A DNA stretch of 64,000 nt, taken from NCBI GenBank assembly GCA_046563655.1, contig CM102289.1:7502001-7566000 (forward strand), written 5' to 3'. The notes under the pieces were generated by a model that was not told where the DNA came from, did no database searches, and was given only the letters and a program-made list of their open reading frames with translations. A program made the translations under genes and the position numbers. Shown here piece by piece: positions 50,557-63,989 of the stretch; position 1 is the first letter of the stretch; every line of letters begins with the position of its first letter. The DNA is from Yuukianura sp. NJ FZ-2021 (Eukaryota).

Positions 50557-51223
50557 ATCTACTACTCTTAAAAGCAGCTCTTAAATTACTGCATTTTTGA
50601 AACTTAATTAATTAAATAATTATAAATAATTAAACTTAATTAAAGAACTTAATTAATTGCAGTTGGATAATTTAATTGTTGTGCTTACTATTTTTCATGA
50701 CGAAACAAGTAACCTGGAAAAAAGTATTGATCGGCTTTATTTGTCTAAAATTGAATTAAATTCGGAAGATTTGCTTAGAATTTGTTCTTAAAATTTGGGC
50801 CAATTAGTTGCAACACTACTGATGTTGAGATATACATTGTGCATAAATTGTGACCATACTGCAGCATGAAAGAAATTTTGAAGAAACTTGCTTTTAAAGT
50901 ATTTACATTTTTACAAATCGATTTGCTAAAGACCTCAATTGGCACAAATGATCTCTGAAGTGTCAAACCTGAAATTGAGACATTTTTAATCGTTTCTGTC
51001 GTTTTCCCTTTGTTAATTAATATGTCACAACCGTTCTTTATATTACATATGTTATTTCTGATCATTCGTGAACATAGGTGACATTCAGCATTACTTTTAG
51101 TATGCGACAGTCCTAGAAGCAGGGAACAAATTTGCGTCACCACTTTTGTAAATTGCAGTTCGTATCCTTCAGTTGAACATTTCGTTTTTCGAAAAACAAC
51201 AACGTTGTGAAAATTTGACGAGA

Positions 51224-52962
51224 ATGAAACACGGTGGAAAAGCAGCCGTTTTCTTTTTACTGCTGACACTGTGCAATGGGGCTAGACCAAAACAGTCAAT
51301 TTTTAGTCAATGTAAGATTTTTGAAAGAAAGCATTCTAATAAATAATTCCTTTTCTAAATTGAATTGAAGATTTTCTCATAAGGTAAGCTCAACATCAAT
51401 CCAGATACGGTGACAGTTTCTGGATTTTCTGCTGGAGCATCAATGGCAACCCAGTTTCATGTGGCACACTCTGCAGATATTAGCGGAGCAGCATTGTTTT
51501 CTTCAGGTTGCGAAAATTTGAAACAGAATTCTTCCCGCATCTGACACCAAATTCTGTGATTCCAAAATTTTGATTTTTGCATAGCTTACTACAGATGTGG
51601 TCCAAAATCTCTGATTACATTTGGCATTCGATGTAGCAACATGGCTTATGATTTGTTTCCGTATGATGTTCGTAATGCAATAGCAGACGCAAAACGCTAC
51701 TCAAAAGAAGGTGTCATTGACAATACATCCAATCTGAAAACCGACAGAGTATTCATTTGGGCTGCAGAAAAAGACGAGTTTTTCTCGCCATGTACGCACT
51801 CTTTCATATACATTTGGTGTATAACAATTTAGTTCACCAGTTAAACTTGAAAGTTTTGCTTCAAATTTTTAGCGACTGTTGGCAAAAACAAAAACTTTTA
51901 TCGAGCTTTCATCCAGAATCCTGGAATCAACATTAAAGCAACATTGGCGAAAGGAGCCAAGCACGTTTTCGTAAGTTTGAAAATTTTGTATTACAAATCA
52001 AAATCAGAATCTCCTTTCCTTTCTTTGCTGGTTGAAATTTTCAAAAAAAAGATTGATTGATTGATTGATTGATTGATTTATTTACCACTGGTATCCTGCA
52101 TTGCAGGTAATTACACCGTGGATGGTAAATTGAGTAATTGTTACAGCTACTAGCATATTATATTCGTGATTAGCATTAGGTTTCCGTTGAAAAGTAGTTT
52201 ACATTGCGAATAAAGATAAAAAAAAATTTCAAAATTTTATTTTAAGCCGACAGACAGATACCGGAGCACGTGCATACGACATCCTGAACTTAATTTAAAC
52301 TTAGGAAACAGTAACTATTCTGGAGCTGAGCATGCGCTGAGATTTCTACTTGGAGATATCAAAGGAGTGCCACTAGATCATAAAGACAAAGGTCACTGTT
52401 CAGTTTTTACTAATTTTTGAGTTCAAAACTTCAAAAAAGATTTCTAACACGTGTGATTTGAAGTGCAGTGTACAACATTTTTGATGAGCGTCAGTTGATG
52501 CTATTTGACCAAACGGAGTTCTATCGTAGGAAGGGAAGCATCTCAAAAATTGGAATGGGCACATTGGGCTACATTTATGTTCCTCGCGCATGCGCCTCAA
52601 ATTCAACCCAGTGTCACCTCCATTTCCATTTCCATGCATGTTACGAATATCCTCTTGACGTCGCTCGACCTTGTTTACTCAACACTGGACTTCTACCAAT
52701 TGCTGAACTTAACAATATCATCGTAGTTTTTCCACTGACTACTGCTATTGAAACGAACTACAATGGCTGTTGGGACTTTTTCTCTTATACCAACAGCAAA
52801 TTTGGTAAAAACCTCAAAAATAATTTATATACAACAGGTTAATATGAACTAAACCAAATTCGATTAATTTTCCCACTTATTTTGTGAATTTTAGCAACCA
52901 AGGAAGGAGAACAGATCAAAGTTATCTACGCCATGCTCCAACGGCTACTCAATGGGCTCTGA
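51224..52962 (+). CDS. PHB/PHA depolymerase-like, copy 2
   Basis: Same 7-exon structure with GFSAG, WAAEKD and KHVF|PTD. HGC is changed to HAC. Confidence 0.82.
52051..52215 (-). mobile_element. Short insertion with (GATT)n tract in an intron of copy 2; probable retroelement 3' end
   Basis: Absent from the equivalent intron of copies 3 and 4. (GATT)7 at one end and AAAGAT on both flanks. Confidence 0.55.
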
Positions 52963-53616
52963 ATCTACTACTCTTAAAAGTAGCTCTTGAATTACTGCAT
53001 TTTTTAAAACTCAATTAATTTTACTTCTATAATTTAATTGTTATGCTTAACATTTTTCATGATGAAACAAGTAACCTGGAAAAAGTATCGATCGGCTTTA
53101 TTTTTCTAAAATTCAATTTGGAAGATTTGCTTAGAATTTGTTCTTATAATTTGAGCGAATTGTTGAACAATACTGATGTTGCAATATAAATTGTGCATAA
53201 ATCCTGACACTACTGCAGCATGAAAGAATTGCATCCTAATGCATCTTATTGCATCTTAACGTATTTTGAGAAAACTTGCTTTTAAAGTGTTTACAGTTTC
53301 ACAAATCGATTTGCTAAAAAAAACTCAATTGGCACAAATGATCTCTGAAGTATCAAACCTGAAATTGCGACATTTTTAATGGTTTCTGTCGTTTTCCATA
53401 CGTTAATTAACATGTCACAACCGTTCTTAGTTAAATTACATATGTTATTTCTGATCATTCGTGAACATAGGTGACATTCAGCATTACTTTTAGTATGCGA
53501 CAGTCCTAGAAGCAGGGAACAAATTAGCGTCACCACTTTTGAAAATTGCAGTCAGTATCCTTCAGTTGAACTTTTCGTTTTTCGAAAAACAACAACGTTG
53601 TGCAAATTTGACGAGA

Positions 53617-55248
53617 ATGAAACACAGTGGAAAAGCAGCCGTTTTCTTTTTACTGTCAACACTGTGCAGCGGGGCTATACCAAAACAATCAATTTTTAGT
53701 CTATGTAAGATTTTTGAAAGAAAGCGTTTTCATCAATATTTTACTTTTTCGATTGAATTGAAGATTTTCTTTCAAGGTAAGTTCAACATCAATCCGACTA
53801 CGGTGACAGTTTCTGGATTTTCTGCTGGATCCTCAATGGCAACCCAGTTTCATGTGGCACACTCTGCAAAAATTAGCGGAGCAGCATTGTTTTCTCAAGG
53901 TTGCAGAAATTTGAAACATCATGAAACCAAATTTTGTGACTCTAGAAATTTGAAATTTTTCATCAGCGTACTACAGATGTGGTCCTACATCATTGATTAC
54001 ATTCGGAATTCGTTGTACCAACAAGGCTTATGATTTGTTTCCGTATAATGTTCGAACTGCAATAAGAGATGCAAAACGCTACTCAAAAGAAGGTGCCATT
54101 GACAACACAACCAATCTAAGAACCGATAGAGTATTCATTTGGACTGGAGAAAAAGACGAGTATTTTTCGCCATGTACGCATGATTTCATATACTTTTAGT
54201 GTATAAAAATTTAGTTAATCAGTTAAACTTGAAATTTGTGCTTCAAATTTCTAGCGACTGTTGGCAAAAACAAAATCTTTTATCGAGCTTTCATCCAAAA
54301 TCCTGGAATCAACATTAAAGCAACATTGGCGAGAGGAACCAAACATATTTTCGTAAGTTGGAAATTTTGCACTGCAAATCAAAATCAGAATTTCCTTTCT
54401 TTGCTGGTTGAAATTTTCAAAACAAAGATAATTCAAATTTTCAAAATTTTATTTTAAGCCAACAAACAATTTTGGAGGTTCATGCAGACCACATCCTGAA
54501 CTTAAGTTATACTTAGGAAACTGCAACTATTCTGGTGCTGAACATGCGATGAGGTTTCTACTTGGAGATATCAAAGGAGTGCCACAACATCAAAAAAACA
54601 AAGGTCAATGTTCAGTTTTTACTAATTTTTGAGCTCAAAAATGAATTTATCCTAATCAAAAAGCAAAGGGTTGGTGTTCATTTTTACTGATTTTTGAATT
54701 TTAAAAAAATTGTTTTTAAAGTATATTTTGAAAAACAGCATTCAAAATTTTTGATGAGCGTCAGTTGATGCTATTTGACCAAACGGAGTTCTATCGTGGG
54801 AAGGGAAGCATCGCAAAAATTGGGATGGGCACATTGGGCCATATTTATGTTCCTCGCGCATGCGCTTCAAACTCAACGCAATGCCACCTCCATTTCCATT
54901 TCCATGGATGTTACGAATATCCTCTTGACATCGCTCGACCTTATGCCCTCAACAATGGATTTCTACCAATTGCTGAACTTAACAATATCATCGTAGTTTT
55001 TCCACTGACTACTTCCATTGCAACGAACTACAACGGTTGTTGGGACTTTTTCTCTTATACCAACAGCAAATTTGGTAAAAATATAAAAAACGAACTTTTA
55101 CCAGAATATAATTAGTTTGAAAGGTTTATGGTATCTAAACCAATTTCGATTAATTTTTTGAATTATTTTGTCAATTTTAGCAACGAAGGAAGGAGAACAG
55201 ATCAAAGTTATTTACGCAATGCTCCAACGCCTACTCAATGGCCTCTGA
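53617..55248 (+). CDS. PHB/PHA depolymerase-like, copy 3
   Basis: Same exon structure with GFSAG, WTGEKD, KHIF|PTN, HFHGC and NGCWDF. Confidence 0.85.
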
Positions 55249-55830
55249 ATCTTACTCTTAAAAGTAGCTCTTGAACTACTGCGTTTCTGAAATTTTAATT
55301 GCTTTTACTTGGTTGATTTTAATTGTTAAGCTTGTTGAAACAAGTAGGTAAATACGTCAATAAAGTTAGTATTTTTCAAGTTCTTGCGAAAAATGGCAAA
55401 ATTTCAATATCCGAAGTGTATTGTAATATTCAACCTTCTAAACCAACCATAAGGGATTTTCCAAATATAACTTTTCAAAATAAAAATAGATTTCGAAAGA
55501 CTGGTTTTCATGAAGTTCTAAAAAGTGTGTAATTTACAACAAAAGGCGAGAAGAAAATTATGAGTTGGAACAAAACCTTAGCCTTTTGTCAAAAATTACC
55601 TGAGTACGAGCATAGTTTTAGAAAAGTTGTGAAACTTATACATAGATAAATCGTTCTGAGAATTAGTGTTAGCAATCTGAAAATACAGAAATTTCCAGTT
55701 CTGTGGCCGCCGCTCATTTTCTTGCTTCTATTTTTTTAGTTTAGTGTTTCAGAAAAAGTTTGACAGAAGAACCATAAGTTTGAAGAAGTTTACAAGAACA
55801 ATCCCATTTACAACAAAAATCTTGGTGGCA

Positions 55831-57804
55831 ATGTCGCCACTTTTGAAAACGTTTCTACTAGCTACTTGTCTTCGGTTTTTTAGTTCATGTGAGGCAGTTA
55901 GTGGTGGAAATGATGCACGTAAGTTAATTGAAATTAAAATTAATTTAAGTAATTACTAATTAGAACTAACTAATGACTTTATTAACTTGCTTCTGTTCAT
56001 AGGCGAAGAGGAACTTCTCTCTCCTGATTGTGTCAATCCTTTGGGAGAATATGGCTACTGCTTCGCACTGATCAAATGTCGCAGTCTCTTTCAAATTTTG
56101 AAACAGAAACCTATGAATCATCAATCACTTCAGTTTTTACAAAAATCAAGTTGCGGATTTGCTGAACGCCGTATGCCTAAAGTATGTTGCGTTGATGAAG
56201 ACGACATTGAGGGTTGGCGATCTTCAAATGTCAAGGTCACTCAAGGTCACGCCGAAACTCCTGAGGTCACGCCACCACCTCCAACGACAACTACAACTAC
56301 TACGACTACCACTACCACTACAACGACAACACCAAAGCCATTGCCAGTTATTCCATTTCAAGCGGCTACAAATTCCAGTGCAACGCTTCCAGTTGCTTAT
56401 AGTCTTAGCACAATGATGAAAAGACGTATCCGACGTCATCCCTATTTTAGGCTCCTCCCTACGACAGACATTTGTGGTTTGTCTATTACTACGGAAGATC
56501 GGATAATCGGAGGAAGAGCGGCAGAACTCGGAGAATTTCCATGGATGGGATTGATAGCTTACAGTATGTGCTGCCAATTGAAGTAGCTTTAAGTTAATTA
56601 ATTGAAATCTTTAATTAAAATAATAGAGTTTAACTGACTTTGGCTTTTCTCAGGTGACCCCGAAGGAGGAGAACCACAGTTTGCTTGTGGTGCAAGTTTG
56701 ATTTCAACGTTGTACGCTGTGACAGCAGCTCATTGTGTCAAACAATTGCCGAAAGGATTCAAAATGCAGGAGGAAAATTTAAATTTTTCTATTGGTTTTT
56801 TGAAAAAGAGAATTTTGACCTGTGTTTTCTTTATGTGTAGTGTTTTCGTGCGGTTTGGTGAGTACGACCAAGCTCACTCGGAAGTGGATTGCGTCGACGA
56901 CTTCTGCGCAGATCCGGTTCAGGACATTGAAGTTGAAGAGGTCATTGCGCATGAAAACTATGATGTCACAGGGAAGAAAGAAAATGACATTGCACTTCTG
57001 CGGCTCAAACATGCAGTCAAACTTGGAAGTAAGGAATCTTTAATATTTTTAAGTTAACATTTTATTATAATTTTTGGTTTGAATTGCTAGCTTTTGCTAG
57101 TCCAATTTGTCTTCCATTTGCACTGGACCTAAAGTCAGGAGATGGATCTTTAGAAACAATTTCAAAACTCACGGCAGCTGGATGGGGACGCACAGTTTTT
57201 GGTAAGCTGTTCCAAAATTTTGGAAAAAATAAAGTAAAATTTCAAAAACTTTGATTTTTTTTTTCAAAATTAGATGAACCAGACATGGCTTCGATACTTC
57301 AAACTGTGAGGATTCCATTAGTTTCAAAAGCGGAATGCAACGAATACTACACAACTAAGGTCAAACTGAGTGGCATTGATGATTCAAGGGTAACAAATTT
57401 TTTTTCTAAAGATTTGAAAAAATTGTCAAGCATCAAACGTCTTAGCTAATTTGGCTTGAAGTCAATTTTTGATTTTATTTTCAAGTTTTGTGCCGGTGGG
57501 GAAGAAGGAATTGACAGTTGCAGAGGAGACAGCGGGTAAACATTTTTGTCAATTTTTACCAAAATTTTGCAGGAAACAAATTTGGAAGAAACTAAATTTT
57601 TGAACATATTTACGCAGGGGACCATTGATGGAGGCCCTGCCAATTCCTGATCCAAACAATCCCAATTCCCCGCCAATTGTTCGAACTTTTCAATTTGGTG
57701 TTGTGTCGCTTGGACCATCGCGATGTGGCACCAAGGACCAACCAGGACTCTACACCAAAATTAGCAACTATCTCATTTGGATTCTGGATAACATTCGCCC
57801 ATGA
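55831..57804 (+). CDS. CLIP-domain serine protease (easter/PAP-like)
   Basis: Signal peptide, CLIP CVNP..GYC..LIKC..SSCG..KVCC, Thr-rich linker, activation site EDR|IIGG, and TAAHC, NDIALL, GDSG|GPL. Confidence 0.92.
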
Positions 57805-58085
57805 CATTCCCAATTTTAATATTTTACTTCAAACTATTCATTTTTTCGTAGTGTAAGTTTATTTTAAATTTTGCCTTCTTCAATTTTTTATAAGTCATGA
57901 GATTTGGAAAATTAAATAAAAATCTCATCATGATTTTATTTAATCTCTTAAGAAAAATCTCTTAAAAAAACCTCATCATGATAACAAAAATTTAACAACA
58001 ATTACCAATGTGAGCTCCTACATTGATTATTGAAACGCTTGTCGTACGCAAGTCCATCCAAAGTAACAAGAGGAAGGAAGTTTTG

Positions 58086-58560
58086 AAATTGGCTTTATAA
58101 AAATGTCATAATTTTGAAAACTAATATTTGCATGGCTTTCCAATCCATTGCTTACAAATCATGTGTGACCCAATTTCGCCTACAACATTTACCGGAGCAT
58201 TTGAAGATGGAATTATTTGGAAAACTGGATGCATCGATTACTCTCAAATTTTGAATTCCAACAACTCGGAAGTTGGAATCTGTCACTCTTAACTGTTTCC
58301 CATTGGACAAGTACAACATGGATGATACCTATTTCACCAACAAACAAATAAAACGAAAATTTTGACAAAAAAAAATCTGTTTTTGAAATTCCTTACAAAT
58401 TCAAGGTGAGGTGTCTCAATAGCACTCCCAATACTGGTCACTTCCAAATTTTAAATTGGCACAAGAACCCAATGGCATAGAATGTAATTTTCCACCAAGT
58501 TTTTTGAACGCTTTTGTCGAAGTTATCAACTTTAGTCCAAAGATTCCTGTAAAATCCAAA
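58086..58560 (-). pseudogene. Degenerate duplicate of the 3' end of the GMC oxidoreductase
   Basis: Aligns to 61481-61978 with several deletions. No upstream exons. Confidence 0.88.
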
Positions 58561-58567
58561 CGACAGT

Positions 58568-58900
58568 TGGCCTCTTGACCTCGCTCGACCTTGTGTACTC
58601 AACAATGGATTTCTACCAATTGCTGAACGTAACAATAACATCATCGTAGTTTTTCCATTGACGACTTCCATTGAAACGAACTACAATGGCTGTTGGGACT
58701 TTTTCTCTTATACCAACAGCAAATTTGGTAAAAACCTCCAAAATAATTTATCTACAAAAAGTTTAAAATGTGAATATGACCTGAATCAATTTGGATTAAT
58801 TTTTCCTACTATTTTGTCAATTGTAGCAACCAAGGAAGGAGAACAGATCAAAGTTATTTACGCAATGCTCCAACGGCTACTCAACTCAATGGTCTCTGAA
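58568..58900 (+). pseudogene. 3' fragment of a PHB depolymerase-like gene
   Basis: Begins mid-exon 6 (WPLDLARP...) with no 5' exons. A 5-bp duplication (ctcaactcaa) shifts frame before the normal stop. Confidence 0.88.
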
Positions 58901-59604
58901 TCTACTCAGACAAGACAAGTAGCTCCTGAATTACTGCATTTACAAAAAGTTAATTACTTGTACGTGATTAATTTTCATTGTTACGACTACTACTTTTCAT
59001 GATGAAACAAGTATCCTCAAAAAGTGTTTTTCAGCATTACAAAAAATGTAAAAATGTCATAACACGAAATGCATATTCACCTTTCCAACCTACCTTAATG
59101 GATTGTCAAATTTCCGAAAACTTATGCTTAACTTAAATCAGCTTTGCCTTTATGAGATTGAATTCGGAAAATTTGCAATGTCGCTTATCGAATTTGGGCG
59201 AATTGTTGTGACACTTTTGATGTTGTGATATAAATTGTGTGTAAATTGTGACACTATTATTGTAGCGAAGATCATATTTTGAGGGAACGTGTTTTTAAGT
59301 TGTGTACCTTCTCACAGTCGATTTGATAAAAAAAACAGAACTGACACAAATGATCTTTGCATTTTCAAACTTGAAGTTGAGACATTTTTAATTGTTTATA
59401 ACTTCGCAATCGTTCCTAATTAATTGACATGTTTCTGATCATTCGTGAACATAGGTGACATTCAGTACTACTTTCAGTACATGTGACACAGTCCTAGAAA
59501 CCAAGAGAAAATTAGCTTCACGACTTTTGAAAATTACAGTGCGTCTCCTCAAATTCAACTTTTTGTTTTTCGAAAAGCGCCAACGTTGTTCAAATTTGCC
59601 AAGA

Positions 59605-61189
59605 ATGAAACACAGTGGAACAGCGGCCATTTTGTTCTTATTGCCAACACTATGCATTGGGGCTAGACCAAAAGAGTCAATTTTTAGTCTATGTAAGATT
59701 TTTGAAAGAAAGCATTCTCATAAATATTTTCTTTTTTAAATTGAATTGAAGATTTTCTTATAAGGTAAGCTCAACATCAACCCAGATACGGTGACAGTTT
59801 CTGGATTTTCTGCTGGAGCATCAATGGCTACCCAGTTTCATGTGGCACACTCTGCAAAAATTAGCGGAGCAGCATTGTTCTCTTCAGGTTGAAAAAATCT
59901 GAAACAAAATTCTTCTAGAATTTGATATCAAATTCTATGATTCCCAAATTTTGATTTTTGCATAGCTTACTACAGATGTGGTCCAAAATCTCTGATTTCA
60001 TTTGGAGTTCGATGTACCAACAGGGCTTATGATTTGTTTCCCTATAATGTTCGAACTACAATACGAGATGCAAAACGCTACTCCAAGGAAGGTTCCATTG
60101 ACAATACTAGCAACATGAAAACCGATAGAGTATTCATTTGGAGTGGAGAAAAAGACGAGTTTTTCTCGCCATGTACGCACTATTTCATATACTTAGTGTA
60201 TAAAAACATAATTCATCAGTTAAACTTGAAATTTCTTACTCAAATTTTTAGCAACTGTTGGCAAAAATATAAAATTTTATCGAGCTTTCATTCAGAATCC
60301 TGGGATCAACATTAAGGCAATATTGGCGAAAGGAGCCAAACACCTTTTCGTAAGTTCCAAAATTTTGCATTGCAAATCAAAATCAGAACTTCCTTTATTT
60401 GCTGCTTGAAATTTTCAAAGAAAAAAAATGATACAAATTTTTAAAATTCTATTTTAAGCCGACAGACAGTTTCGGGAGTTCATGTAGATCACATCCTGAA
60501 CTGAATATATACTTAGGAAACTGCAACTATTCTGGTGCTGAGCATGCGCTGAGGTTTCTACTTGGAGATATCAAAGGAGTGCCACGAAATCAAAAAGCAA
60601 AGGGTTGGTGTTCATTTTTACTAATTTTTGAATTTGAAAAATAATTTTTTTAAATGTATATTTTGAAAAACAGCATTCAAAATTTTTGATGAGCGTCAGT
60701 TGATGCTATTTGACCAAACGGAGTTCTATCGTGGGAAGGGAAGCATCGCAAAAATTGGAATGGGCACATTGGGCCACATTTATGTTCCTCGCGCATGCGC
60801 CTCAAACTCAACCAAGTGTCACCTCCATTTCCATTTCCTTGCACGTCAAACATATCACCTTGACCTCACTCGACTTTATGTACTCAACTATGGATTTCTA
60901 CCAATTGCTGAACTTAACAACATCATCGTAGTTTTTCCATTGACTACTTCCATCGAAACGAACTTCAATGGCTGTTGGGACTTTTTCTCTTATACAAACA
61001 GCAAATTTGGTAAAAATAGAAGAAAAAAAAACGAACTTTTACTAAAATATAATTAGTTTTAAAAGTTTATGTGATCTAAACCAACTTCGATTAATTTTTT
61101 GATTTATTTTGTCAATTTTAGCAACCAAGGAAGGAGAACAGATCAAAGTTATTTACGCAATGCTCCAACGGCTACTCAATGGTCTCTGA
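59605..61189 (+). CDS. PHB/PHA depolymerase-like, copy 4
   Basis: Same exon structure with GFSAG, WSGEKD and KHLF|PTD. The HGC region is replaced by LARQTYHL. Confidence 0.82.
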
Positions 61190-61516
61190 ATCTACTACTC
61201 TTAAAAACAGCTCTTGAATTACTGCATTTCTAAAAACTTAATTCCTTTTTACTTGCTTAATTATAATTGATAACCTTACTATTTTTTGTGTTCAAGCAAG
61301 TAAATACCTCAATAAAGTTACTATTTTTCAAGTTTTGCGAAAAATGGCAAAATTTTGAAACGCGAAATTTGTTAAACTTTCTTCCAAAACAATAACAGGT
61401 TTTTCCAAATATAACTTTAGAAAATAAAATTAGGTTTCAGAAACTGTTTTATGTAGTGCTAAAAAGTGTGTAATTTAAAAGAAATTGGCGTTATAAAAAT
61501 GTTATAACTTTGACAA

Positions 61517-63989
61517 CTAATATTTGCATGGCTTTCCAATCCATTGCTTACAAATCATGTGTGACCCAATTTCGCCTACAAGATTTACCGGAGCATTTAA
61601 ATTTGATGATGGAATATTTGGAAAACTGGATGCATCGATTACTCTCAAATTTTGAATTCCAACAACTCGGAAATTGGAGTCTGTCACTCTTCCAGGATCC
61701 GAACTGTTTCCCATTGGACAAGTACAACACGGATGATACCTATTTCAACAAAAGCAAATTAAAACCAAAATTTTGAAACAAAAAAGTTGTCGTTTTTGAA
61801 ATTTCATACAAAGTCAAGGTGAGGTGTCTCAGATAGCACTCCCAATACTGGTCGCTGTTAAATTTTAAACTGGCACAAGGATCCAGTGGTACAGAATGTA
61901 ACTTTCCGCCAAGTTTTTTGAACGCTTTCGTCGAAGTTATCAACTTTACTCCAAATTTGATTCCTGAAAAAATCCAAACAAAAGTTTCAGAATTTGAAAA
62001 AAAAAGATATTTTTTTTCAACTAACCTTCCACTGAAGCCTCCACATCTTCCCTGTTTTGCAAATACTTTGGATCTATTCTTGGTTTGACCTCTGGATCTG
62101 GACTGATCAAGGTCACTTCTCCGCGTTGTCTTGGTCGTGCATTGATCATAAAAATTTGAAAAGTGTTAAGTCCAGCAGTACTTTTCCACAGATTTTGAAT
62201 CGTCGCCGGGTGAACATTGAGAGTATCTAAAAATGATTCGTACGCCATAGGTTGCGAAATTGCAACTACAGTCAGTTGGAGATCGGGCCATTGCTCTTGT
62301 TTCGAAAATTTTGAGCAAACTGAACCAACTGATTTGACAAAACTTGAAGTGAGACTGCCCGTTCCTTGGGTTAAATACTGAGTCAAAGTGTTTATATTGA
62401 AGTCACTTTGAAATGAAGTTGTTATGGGTTTGTCAACAGAAAACATTCCAACAATCGTTCCAACATGGTCTTGCAAATTTTGTCCTACCGGGAGATCAGC
62501 CACAAGAGGAATCTGTTTTTCAAAAATTCGAAAAAAAAAATCTAAATTTTAGTCAATTTTATTATTTTATTTGACAGTTACAAACTTACTCCCAAGTTTT
62601 TCAATTGTTGTCTCGGTCCGATTCCGGAAAGTATCAAAAGCTGCGGTGAATTTATAGCCCCAGCGGAAACAATTACTTCTTTTGACGCGTATGCTCTACG
62701 CAAGGCGCCATGACGTATATACTCTACTCCATATGCTCGTCTGCTTTTATCTATCAAAATCTGGCAAAAAAAAGTTCAAAAATTTCAAAAAAAAAACTTT
62801 TTATAAAACTTTATTTTTAATAATTTTCTAGCGCATTACCCGTACTACTTTGGAAAATTTGTAAACACTAAGCCGATGATAAGGTGAATTTTTTGCAGGT
62901 TTTAGAAACGCCGCAAAATCTTCATATCGCACTCCTCTCCTTGTTGTAAAGGTAAGAGGCATGAATCCTACATTATCAAATACAAATTTTCAAAAAAAGC
63001 TAAATTTTTTTTTGAAACATTTTGTTTAACTTACCGTTGATATGATATGAATTTAAATCTGCCTCTGGATATCCAAGTTCTTGCCCCGCTTCAACAAAGG
63101 CGTTACGAAGTTCAAAATCATCAAAATTATTTTCAACAAACTGCTCGCCGCCGTGGCCGTGGTTTGGATCTAAAACGAAAATTTTGAACATGCGTGAAGT
63201 TTTAGATCCAATGACATCGTTTTTTCTTTTTTCAAAATTTTGAAAACTTTGAACTTACTGTAGTCATTGAAATCTTCAAATCCTTTGTAAAAATTTTCAA
63301 CACTTTTGTAGCTCCAAATTGGATTTTGTAACCTAGCAGCCATAGAATCAAAGTCTTTTGGATTTCCTCTCAAGTAAATCATTGCATTCAGGTTACTACT
63401 TCCACCTTCCGCTTTCCCTCGAGGCCAGTTGCTTTTCTAAAAAAAAAAATTCTTGTTAGCAATTTCAAACTTTTTTTTAAATAGTTTTCAAAGGTAAACA
63501 CAAGTTAAAATTTTGATTAAAGTAACTCCTTACTCTATCAACAAGACCCAAGCAAGCATTTCTTTGTGGAACAGTTTGATATGCCCAATCTATAGTTTCG
63601 TCTTTCTGAAACGGAAAAGCCATAAGTGGCACAGCAGTCAGAGGATTAGGCTGCCCACCGGCTTCCAAAACAAGAACTTTGAATCTTCTGGACAACCGAT
63701 TGGCCAAAACTGATCCAGAAGATCCTGAACCAACTATGACAAAAAACATTTAAAAAAATATTAATTAGCAATGTCTAATATATTATATGTAATTGTAATC
63801 AAATTCAAAATTACCAATTATAAAGTCAAAGTAGGATTCAGAATTGTATCCTCCAGCGGAAGAAACAAAATCCCGACTTCTGTCAAAGTCACTGTACTGC
63901 TGAACAAAAAGTGCCAACGTTGCTAAAGCTCCGTATGCGGCTATATTTAAAACATTTGTAGTTAGAAGCGGAAGACCAATAGCAGACAT
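61517..63989 (-). CDS. GMC oxidoreductase (glucose dehydrogenase-like), multi-exon
   Basis: [20 protein letters not shown] (FAD binding), [58 protein letters not shown]. Confidence 0.93.

Noticed and set aside
50775..51269. 164-aa minus ORF also echoed at 53291-53536
   Set aside because: Duplicated promoter/intergenic DNA of the depolymerase units; the frame is not preserved between copies.
48990..61189. Microbial contamination as the source of the depolymerase and subtilase genes
   Set aside because: The genes have host-style short AT-rich introns and are interleaved with arthropod genes (CLIP protease, GMC, BTB).
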